From assembly GCA_016748015.1 (NCBI GenBank), contig JAAOMT010000332.1, positions 25,317-71,283 of the forward strand: DNA of 45,967 nucleotides, written 5' to 3'. A program made the position numbers and the translations under genes. This document shows, piece by piece, positions 35,882 through 45,967 of the stretch (positions are counted from its first letter, which is position 1; each line of letters starts with the position of its first letter). The stretch comes from Geosiphon pyriformis uo1 (Eukaryota; Fungi; Glomeromycota). A model generated the notes under the pieces. That model searched no databases and had not been told where the DNA came from. It saw only the letters and a program-made list of their open reading frames with translations.

Positions 35882-38800
35882 CAGATCTGATATAGAAGTT
35901 TGCTATATGCAATATTTGGGGTCTTAATGTTTCTACTAAGCAAGAAGATGTTGTTTATTGGCATAAAAAATCAGAGAATATGGTTTCAATTATTACAGAA
36001 ACAAAATTGAGATCTAATATTAGACTATGAATCATAAATAAGTTTGATAGAATTTAGGTTTTCACTTCTGGTTTGGATGTGGGTTTTTTTGGTGCTGAGA
36101 TTGCTATAATTATGGACAATTTTTTGGCTTGTTATGTGTTTAAAGTAAAGAAGATTCTTGATTAGTTGATCTTTATACATTTTCTGTTTAAGAACAAGTT
36201 TTTGGTTACAGTTTTAGATCTTTATGCTGGTGTATCTATTGGTGCTTGTTTTGGCCAAACTGCTGATATCAATTTTATAATCTCTAAAGCAGTCAATTCT
36301 AGTTCTTTTATGGTTTTAGGTGGTAATTTTAATGAAAATAGATCCAAAAAAAGTGCTAGTTTCAAGTTTTGTTTAGATTTAGGCCTGATCAATACTTTCA
36401 ATAAACATTTATTGGCCAAAGCTCCTATTTGGAGCAATTTTAGGAGTGTAAAGAAGGTGATAAATTTTATTTTTATAAGTGAGAACCTAATGTTTGCAAT
36501 TGCATTGCATAAAGTTAATAATGTGTCAAGATTTTTTAATACAAATCATAAGTCAGTTTCAGTTTTAATTGGTTTAAGTGGGCTTCTGAATGTTTGATTT
36601 ATTAGCACTTATAAGCAGATCAACTGAGATTGATAGAAGTTTAAGTTGGGAAATGTGGACAAAGTTTATTGGTTACATTTTAAGGAGTGTTTTTCTACTA
36701 AATTTTTGGCCAGATTTAACATATTTGGAGTTGTAAAAGACAATAGTGACTTAGATATAATGTGAAAAGTGCTAGAAAAAGCCATAGTGCAAGCTGCTAT
36801 TAGGATGTTTTCTAAGAGCCAGTATAATAAATATAATTGTTTAAGAAATAAACAATCTTTAAAATTTTATAAATTGGAGCTGCTTATTGCCAAGATTGTG
36901 AAATATAGAAATTCTGAAAATTTTCTGAATTTTGATCATTTTGTTAAAATTTGGTTAGCTGTTGATAAAGCTGAAACATTTAAGATTACTGACATGGTTT
37001 TAAATAGTGTAAGTTTGGTAAATTTGATTAAGCATTTGTCAATGGTAAGGAAAAAGTATTGGAAATTTAAGTATTTTGAGTTGAAATTAGCTATGGATAC
37101 TAATATTAAAAAGACTATTGACTATTATATGAAAAATTTCTGTTTTGATAAAGGACAGATAATAAAGAGTATTTTAAAGCATCTATTTCACAAGATTGTT
37201 TTGGATTATTTGATTGTGGAGAATAAGATAGTAATCAAGCCTAAAGAGATAAAGCTCAAGGTTGATGAGATCATGAAAAAATAAATAAAAAAGTGGTTAG
37301 TGCTTTTGAGGATATTTGATCTGTGGTTTTGTTAATATATGTCTCTGGATTATATAAATGATGATGCCTTCTCTGGTGTGATAATGAAAATTAATATAAG
37401 AAAATTGTCTTTAATTATCAGTAATTTGCTTAATAATAAAGCTGCCAGTTTGTTTGAAATTTCTAATAAACTTTGAAAACATTGTGATAGGAAGATGTTG
37501 GATTGTCTTTTGAAGCTGTTGAACATGTGTTTGACATTTGGTGTGGTTCTAATTTCTTGGAAGAGAGCATAAGTTTTAATGATTCCTAAATTTTATAAAT
37601 GAAATAAAGTTTTGATGAACACTAAGCCTATTGCTTTAATCAAAACAGCCTGAAAAATTTTATCAAAGATATTTTTTGATCAAATATCTTTAGCTTGCAG
37701 TAAATTTGATGTTTTTTATGGTAATAACTTCTTGGTATTAAAAGATATTTCAATCCAGTTTCTTATTTTTGCCATTGGGTTAATTGTAGAGAATGTTTTA
37801 AAAAAAAATAGAGAGTTCTGGCTGGTATTACAAGATATATACAAAGCTTATAATTTAGTAAGCTGGCATTATTTAAAAGTTAGCTTGTATTATATCAAAA
37901 TGTGCAGTTGGTTTATTAAGTTTTTTGACATTTATAAGAGCAGAGTTAATAGGGTAATAACAGATTTTGGACTTTTGAATATTTATAGTGTGCATGATAG
38001 TTTGGATCAAAGTGAGATCTTTTTTTTACTCCTTTAGAGAATTTTTTATAATCTATTTTTGTGCAAAGTTAAGAGACATGAGCACTTGTGCAAATACAGA
38101 ATTGATACTAAGTTTGTAGCAAAATCTGACAAAATTGAAGCAACTGGTAGAAAAACTTCTTTTTTGGCTGCTGGTACCTTTGTTGATAATACAATTTGGA
38201 TTAGGAGTGGTTAAACTTCCACACAGTATATCCTAAATATTGCTAGTGAGTTTTTTGTGGTTAATAATATTTCAATAAACAATGATAAAATGGTGGCTAT
38301 TTCAATCAATCAAAATATTAAGTCTGCTTTACTGTTAATTAATAGTTTGCTGATTTCAATTGCCAAAAGAGATAAAATACACAGATACTTGGGCATTTTT
38401 TTGTTTACTAAAGGTTTCTTTAAGCTTAATTTGGCTCAAACTTTTCTAATATAGTGCTAAAGAAAACTATCATAAATAAACAATTTTCTTACTTAGTTTC
38501 AGCTGTCTTGTAATCAATAATTAGCTATCAAACACAATTTAGTTTTGTTTTTTCAAGTGTGTACCACAAGTAGGATGTGATAATCAGAAAAAGTCTTAAA
38601 GCCAAAACTGGTTTGCTGCATGATTTTCTTAGTAAAATTTTATATCATCTGTTTTTGTATGGGTTGAAATCCTTTAAACAAATCTAGTTTGAGAGAAAAC
38701 TGGATTTACTAATTTTATTTTCCAATGCTTGTGGTATTTTTGGGTGTTTGTTTGATCATAAATTTCTGGATCTGCAAATTGTAAGATAGTTTTCTATAAA

Positions 38801-40541
38801 TTCTTTACAATTTTCTGTCAAGTTATATATTAGTCTAATGAATAATTTTTTGGCTGAAGTGATGAAAATTTTTTTGGACAATAGATTATCTTTGGCAAGC
38901 AATTTGCCTAATGCTTTCCTTGGATCTGGTAAATTTCTAATGTTTAGTATCTTGGATTAGCCCTTGTATTACAATTCTGTTTTTTTATTAAAACAGTTTA
39001 GTGTTGCATTTAGTGACCAATTTCTGAACAAAAAAGAGAATGTAATGAATTGAAAAACATTTTAGTAGTACAAAAGATTAGACCCAAGAGGTTCTGTGTT
39101 TTATTAGTTTACTTTAGTATCTGAGTTTATAACCAGGTCTACTTCTTTGAAGATTAAAACTACTGCTATTTCTAAAGTGTCTGTATTAGATGTTTTGGAA
39201 TCTGGAAAGTTTTCTAATATTTATAATAGTTTGATAGAAGTTTAGTTGTATCAAGATCTATACAAATAAGTCTCTAAAAGATACTGGTTTTATTAAAATG
39301 ACTGGTGAAACAGCTGGTTACTTTTCAGCTGTAGATGCAGATATTAAGATTAAGATGACTGGGCTTCTGTTTTCTACTTTGACTGAGTTATAAACTGTTG
39401 TATTGGCTTTGGAATGTGTTCTATCTTTGTGTTTTGTGATTGTGTACTTAGACAGCCAGTCTGTTATTAATGCCTGTATTTTTAAAACTTCTCTTGCTGT
39501 GTCTGACTTCTGTAATCAATGTTGGATTAAAAAATTACATATAGTCAATCTTTTTAGAAATAAAAACATTTCTGCTAAATGGATAAAAGTTAAAAGACAC
39601 TTTGAAGTATCTGGTAATATTAGGGCTGATGCATTAGCTAAAGAATCCACTTCTTTAACTCTTTTTTTGTCAGTTAGAATTTGGAAAAGATTTTTGGTTG
39701 CTGAGAAAACTGCAGTTTCTGGCAATGTTTGCTATTTTGTTTGTAATTTGTATCAGTCAATTTGCCATGCTCATTAAGAAGTTGGTTTTGGTTTTAATAT
39801 AGTTTCAAGTATTATAATTAAGGAGATAAATTAGAATACCACTTTAAAAATTTGGCATCCTAATTTACACATGCTTGCTGAATTCAAGAGTAGAAAATTG
39901 GCCAATTTGCATACATATTTGATAAAAGCTGTATATAGACAGCTGCTGGTTGTAGTCAGGAAGAAACTGTACAACAAAAGTTATTCTGGAGTGCTGTGCT
40001 TGCTTTGTGGTAAAATGAAGTTGTTCAATCATGCTTTTACTTGTTCTGGTAATTCTGGTCTCTGTAGAAACATTTTGATTAAAGCTGTTAAGAAATAAGT
40101 GTTATTGTTTGGTCTTTTGTGTTCATTTACTTCTGCTATTTTACAGTCACTTTTAATGTGTTTCTTGAATGTGGGTCTTTACACAGTTATTTGCAAGAGT
40201 TTTGTATTGGAAAGTTGGTACACTAAAGCTGTTTTAGTCTTTAAAAAGAAAGAAAAAACTGTATTGGCTCTTGTTAAATTTGTTAGATTTATAATAAAGT
40301 TGTATTGCACTAAGGTATAAATTATTAAGTCTAAACATAAAGTGGATATAAAAAAAACTGAATTGGTTAAAGATAGTGGTATTGTGTTAAGTTTGTTTTG
40401 CTATATGAGATCTGTGCTATTAGTTAAAGTGGTTTGCATGCTTAGTATTATAAACTTTTTGCTGTTAGGTTTGATAAACATAAATTGTGTCATTTTTTTT
40501 CTGGTTTGAGTGGTAATATATATGTTTATATAGGTGTATAG
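35878..40541 (+). pseudogene. LINE ORF2: APE endonuclease, RT, RNase H, C-terminal CCHC
   Basis: KFAICNIWGLN, ITETKL, LGGNFN, TNHKSV (APE); KPIALI, QDIYKAYN, FVDNTIW (RT); YLDSQS, KVKRH..SGNIRADALAK (RNase H); CLLC...HAFTC. Confidence 0.88.
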
Positions 40542-40699
40542 TATAGTCCTGTCTGGCCTGAGTGGCTGGCCATATGTAGATAGTATGTAAACTGTATTTA
40601 ATTTGTTTTACTTAGTTTGATTCTATGTACTAGATAACAGTTAGATTTTACTTGTTAATTACATAATAAAAAAATAATAATAAAACTTTTAATAAGTTA

Positions 40700-41554
40700 A
40701 TAAATTTTTTTAAAGTATTTTTTATACTTTAAAAATTATTTATGTTGTTGAACTTATAATATAATGATTAATTTTATACCAATTATTTTTTGTAATTACT
40801 TTGTATTAAAAGTTAATTTTTTTGTAAAAATTTTTTATTATAGATTTTTTAATAGATTATGTAATTATTTTACTATAAAAGTCAGTTTTTCTACAATATT
40901 TTTTAACTATAAGATTCTAATAATTTATAATAAATTAAAAACATAATTTTGATAATAATTAAAGATAATTTGTTGCATAAATTCTGTTTAAACTTAAGTA
41001 AAAAACTAAATAAACTATTAAAATTAGTAAATAGTTAATTTTAAAATATTAATTTTGAATGTTATAAAAATTCAAAAAAATATTTAAGAATTTTTGGGTT
41101 TTTTAAAAGAATATTTTTATTTTTTTTGTTTAATTTGTAATTTGTTATTTAATTCTAAGATTATTAAATATTAAGATATATTTTTTTGAAGAAAAAAGCT
41201 CCTCTTTTATATATTTTTGAATAATATTTATTTAAGTTCTAGTACTCTTTTTTTTGCAACTATTTCTCTAAATTTTCTAAAACTAGTTATAAATTTCAGA
41301 AAACTTTTTATATTTTAGTGAATTATTGCAAAATTCGTGGATTTTTGCATATTTCGACCAATTTTTACTGTTATAAAATTCGAATTTAGTTATATTTGTG
41401 TTATTATATAATTTGAATTATTAATTAAAATATAAATAATTGATAATTATATGAAATAATAATAAAATATAATTTAATTAATATATAATAGTATATAATA
41501 AGAATTATAAAATTAATTTTATGCTAATTTTTTTTTACTTTTTAGTTGGTAACA
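40700..41554 (-). mobile_element. Strongly degenerate LTR of the element-B family
   Basis: Recognisable blocks TGTAATTATTTTACTATAAAAGTCA, GAAGAAAAAAGCTCCTCTTTTATA and ATGCTAAT...TGGTAACA; the left boundary is approximate. Confidence 0.6.
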
Positions 41555-42612
41555 ATATATTGTAGATAGATTAATTTAGCAATTCTCTATATTAATTAAT
41601 ATTTTTATTTAAATATAAAAAACTTAAAATATCTTATATAATTTAACAAAATCTTTTTTAAACAACTTATTTTAAAAAATACAAAATTTTTTATTTAAGC
41701 TTATATTTTAAATATTAATTAAAAATTAACTTAATTATAATAAATAACAAATATATATTTTATTTATAATATATATTTAACTAAAACTTAAAACTTTGTT
41801 TGTTATTTTCAAAATTAATTTTATTAAACAATTTTACAAATATACTTGTAAAAATAAAATATTATTTACTTTTTTCTAAACAAATTTTTAATTACATATA
41901 ATATTAATTTAAATTTGTTTAAATAAACAGTCACTAATTTCTATTATAAAACAATATGCATAATTTATATATAAACAAAAAAAAACTTCTATTTTTGTTA
42001 AGCAAAAAGTCTAAAACTGGCATATTTTTTTAACATTTCATACTTCATCAATTCTAAATTTAGCCAGTCTTTTCACTTTTGCCAAAAAAATTCTCAATAA
42101 TGTAATAAGACTACTTACTAATCAAGAATAAAGAAAAGTTTCATTTGCTCACATTTTATTTTTATTAATAATATTGTAGNNNNNNNNNNNNNNNNNNNNA
42201 ATTTAGCAATTCTATATATTAATTAATATTTTTATTTAAATATAAAAAACTTAAAATATCTTATATAATTTAACAAAATCTTTTTTAAACAACTTATTTT
42301 AAAAAATACAAAATTTTTTTATATTTAATAAAATTATTATAATTATTTTTATATGAATAATTTTATTTTTTATTTTTATTATGTTTAAATTTTTTATAAT
42401 TTTTTATTTAAGCTTATATTTTAAATATTAATTAAAAATTAACTTAATTATAATAAATAACAAATATATATTTTATTTATAATATATATTTAACTAAAAC
42501 TTAAAACTTTGTTTGTTATTTTCAAAATTAATTTTATTAAACAATTTTACAAATATACTTGTAAAAATAAAATATTTTTTACTTTTTTNNNNNNNNNNNN
42601 NNNNNNNNTCAA

Positions 42613-43830
42613 ATTGAAACAATCCATGGGTGTTGGAGCACTGCATCTGCTCTCAGCATCTTTTTTTTTTTTTACTTATAAAGTCTTTTCCATCATCAGA
42701 AGACACCATATTAAGCCATTCTAATAACTTGCCTAATTGATACATGTCCGAAAGAGTTGTGTAGGTATTATTCTCATCACACGTGCCATCATCCCAGTCT
42801 GTCAATAAGCTGTCGAATTTTTCGTTTATTTTACCTCCATGCTCGAAATCAACAAGAACATATTCGTAGTCTTGAGAATTATTCGAATCATAAATAATAT
42901 TCGATGAATGAATGTTGTGATGGACAAAATCTTTTTCATGAAGTGTCTTCAGTCCAGTTAGCAAACTGCACATCATCACTTGTGTTTTTTCCTCATTTTC
43001 TGGTAAGCGTTCAAGGCCGCATGTCTTCAGTTTGACTGTATATCTCCCTGGACCTTTCCGATCGGCTTTAAAGAATGGTGCTTTGAAGATCTGAACAACC
43101 TTTGGCAAGCTCGTACATGTCCTTTAATGTATCAACACGTTTGCAGTCCTTCTCTAAGCCATAGAGTTCACTCTCCAGAACAACTTTCTCAACATGGTCT
43201 TCAAAGAAAGTAATTGTAGAATGTCCGAAGTCCAGTGACTTACTGAGAGGGATTACTTTAGCAGAAAAGGCATTCTTTGTGATCATGGTTTTAAGGATAT
43301 GAACAATATTGATGCATATCTTGACAGATGTGTATTGAGCTTTGAGATCATACAGGTAAAAATCTGTGGACAGTGGAACCAACATCTTGCTGGAACTATC
43401 AATTGCATAAAAGCACATAATGTTATTTGCTACAGCAAAACAAATTAAAAATTGAATATTTCCAAAATATAATGGATTGAGCTTGCTAAACTTGGATATG
43501 AGCTCTTCTTTGGCAGGTTCAAGATTGATTCGTGCAGCCTTCTCTTCATTTTTTATCACTACTACATTTTTAAAATATCCAAGAAGATCAAGTCTAGTTT
43601 TTTTTATTGTCGCTGGATTGCTTTTTGATTTCGTTATATATCTCCTTAGAAAACAAAGTGTAAAATTAATGTTAGACATAGAAACAAAAACTAATAAACA
43701 CCAAGAACAGAATACAAAATGAAAACATACTTCTCAGTCACGTTATGGGAAAATTCGATTTAAAAATTAGAGTTATTGCAAAGTATCCCAGAGAACGTGT
43801 GATTAAAATATCCACACACGTAACCAGCTC
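42613..43830 (-). pseudogene. Crinkler(CRN)-like protein: PD-(D/E)xK-like domain + protein kinase, frameshifted and 5'-truncated
   Basis: RLDLLGY...IKNEEKA motif; kinase motifs LHEKDFVHHNIHSSNII, LVDFEHG, SDMYQLG, ALQHPW; intron 43730-43645. Confidence 0.7.
43645..43730 (-). other. Spliceosomal intron (86 nt) in the CRN-like gene
   Basis: GTATGT donor, CTAAC branch point, AAG acceptor; splicing joins in frame (…NVTEK|RYITK…). Confidence 0.6.
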
Positions 43831-43859
43831 TATTTTAATTTAATAGATAAAGATTAAAG

Positions 43860-44346
43860 ATTATTCAAGTGTTTTTGACAATATTAAAACTAATTCTTTG
43901 GCAAAAATGGCTGTTTCTTCTTTCTTTTTTTTTGCTAGTTAGGGTGGTTGAATGTTTTGTTATGGCTAAAGGCATAGTTATGTCTAACAATACTTATTAT
44001 TTTGTTTGTGATATTTATAGATTAATTAATTGTGCTCAGTAAAAGACTGGTCTTAGTTACAATATTCTTTTTAATTTCTTAATTAATGAGATAAATTGGA
44101 TATCTACTATACAGATTTAATACTCTAATTCTTATATGCTATCTGAGTTTATTAACAAATAGTTGGCTAATTTGTGTACTTATTTGATAAAAGCTATACA
44201 TAAATGTTTGCCAGTAGTTGTTAGAAAAAAATTGTATAACAAGTTGTATTTTCAAGTTTTGTGTTTGTTTTGTGGAGAAATTGAGTTATTAAATTATGTT
44301 TTTACTTATATTAATAATGCTAACATTTAAGAAGAAATTTTGTTAA
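43860..44346 (+). mobile_element. LINE ORF2 3' fragment
   Basis: Homologous to 39600-40090 (VVVRKKLYNKLY...LCLFCGE). Confidence 0.75.
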
Positions 44347-44884
44347 ANNNNNNNNNNNNNNNNNNNNTACATATAATATTAATTTAAATTTGTTTAAATA
44401 AACAGTCACTAATTTCTATTATAAAACAATATGCATAATTTATATATAAACAAAAAAAAACTTTTATTTTTGTTAAGCAAAAAGTCTAAAACTGGCATAT
44501 TTTTTTAACATTTCATACTTCATCAATTCTAAATTTAGCCAGTCTTTTCACTTTTGCCAAAAAAATTCTCAATAATGTAATAAGACTACTTACTAATCAA
44601 GAATACAGAAAAGTTTCATTTGCTCACATTTTATTTTTATTAATAATATTGTAGCGTCCTACATATACATACATTAACAAATAAAGATCAAGTCACCAAA
44701 TACATTACTTATAGCTCAAATTGAAACAATCCATGGGTGTTGGAGCGCTGCATCTGCTCCCAGCATCTTTTTTTTTTTTTACTTATAAAGTCCTTTCCAT
44801 CATCAGAAGACACCGTATTAAGCCGTTCTAATAACTTGCCTAATTGATACATGTCCGAAAGAGTNNNNNNNNNNNNNNNNNNNN

Positions 44885-45752
44885 TTCTTTTTAATTTCTT
44901 AATTAATGAGATAAATTGGATATCTACTATACAGATTTAATACTCTAATTCTTATATGCTATCTGAGTTTATTAACAAATAGTTGGCTAATTTGTGTACT
45001 TATTTGATAAAAGCTATACATAAATGTTTGCCAGTAGTTGTTAGAAAAAAATTGTATAACAAGTTGTATTTTCAAGTTTTGTGTTTGTTTTGTGGAGAAA
45101 TTGAGTTATTAAATTATGTTTTTACTTATATTAATAATGCTAACATTTAAGAAGAAATTTTGTTAAAGACTTCAGACATCTAGATTTTGTTGATTGGAAT
45201 TTGTGGCTTTTTTTTTGCTGTTTTGAAAACTTTTTTTGAGTATTCATTAAATGTGAGATTGTATATAGTAATTTGTAAAGACTTTGTATTGAAACATTAG
45301 TGTAATAAGACTATTGTAATTCTTAAAAAAAAAGGACAAGCTATTGTAGTAGTGGTTAGATTTGTAAAGTATTTGGTAAAAAAACATTATTTAAGAATTT
45401 GGTTTATAAAATTTAAGCATAAGATAGATATAAAGAGGACTGGTTTAATAAAAAATAGTGGTTTGATATCTGAATTGTCTTGTAATTGGGCTGGAAGTTT
45501 GTCAGATAGAGTGATTTATTTGCTCAGTATTATTGAGTTTTTTGCTATTAGCTTTGGCAAATATAAGTCATGTACTTTTTTTTCTAATTTAAGTAGTTAT
45601 GCTAGTGTAGATGTATAGTATTGTTTTGTCTGGCTTAAGTGGTTGGTCACATGTAGTCAATACATGAGTTATGTTTAGTTACAATTACTTAATTTGATTC
45701 TGTATGTTAGATAGTAATTGGATTTCATTTGTCAATTATTAATTAAAAAAAT
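44885..45752 (+). mobile_element. LINE 3' end (ORF2 C-terminus, 3' UTR, A tail)
   Basis: ORF 45352..45618 is homologous to 40270-40541; the UTR matches 40545-40670. Confidence 0.8.
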
Positions 45753-45967
45753 ACATATGACCAATTATCTGGCCAATCAAGATAATATTATACAATTATG
45801 TTAATTAAAATTTTTTTAACTGTATCTGTAAAAAACAGACAATTTATTCTTAATTCAAAATTAATAACATAACTCTTTTTAATCTTAACAAAAAAGCAAC
45901 TTTACTTAAAATTTTAACAAAAAAGCTATAAACAATATCAAATATAAAACTATTTTTATTTAACAAA

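Larger units (their letters stand above)
13050..40680 (+). mobile_element. Non-LTR retrotransposon (LINE; ORF1 + APE-RT-RNaseH ORF2), interrupted by element A and a solo LTR
   Basis: ORF1 rejoins across both insertions once TSDs are removed; ORF2 motifs are listed below; A-rich 3' tail at ~40665-40685; the 5' boundary is approximate. Confidence 0.85.

Noticed and set aside
41571-45166. Near-identical duplicated blocks (41571-41875/42200-42588, 41897-42179/44370-44653, 44065-44346/44885-45166)
   Set aside because: Each abuts a ~20-N gap; most likely contig overlaps or collapsed repeats

Overview
AT-rich eukaryotic scaffold with several N gaps, almost entirely nested, decaying retrotransposons. 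It is probably fungal: the CRN-like kinase gene, the intron signals and the element types suggest Glomeromycotina, but that is inference. Layout: (1) a coiled-coil protein 5' exon present twice (1-353 = 1036-1388); (2) an old Ty3/gypsy RNaseH-integrase relic D (1676-2651, -); (3) gypsy element C (2652-12308, -) with mismatched LTRs and flanks; (4) an APE/RT/RNaseH LINE (~13050-40680, +) whose ORF1 is interrupted by complete gypsy element A (13445-33439, +, 881-bp LTRs, 4-bp TSD CTAA) and by a solo LTR (34313-35220, TSD CTGG), with gypsy element B (16033-25871, -) inserted in the gag of A; (5) a degenerate LTR, a CRN-like nuclease-fold/kinase pseudogene and LINE 3' fragments. The main result is the unusual organisation shared by these gypsy elements. 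One uninterrupted frame encodes a Met-poor N-terminal extension (possible GUG start), Gag, protease, an uncharacterised ~210-aa multi-CxxC domain, dUTPase, a dUTPase-like remnant, RT and RNase H. That frame stops at the same codon in all four copies. Integrase follows as a separate ATG-initiated ORF after a 10-61-nt spacer, and then a conserved non-Env ORF3 next to the 3' LTR. All copies carry premature stops of the C>T/G>A transition type.
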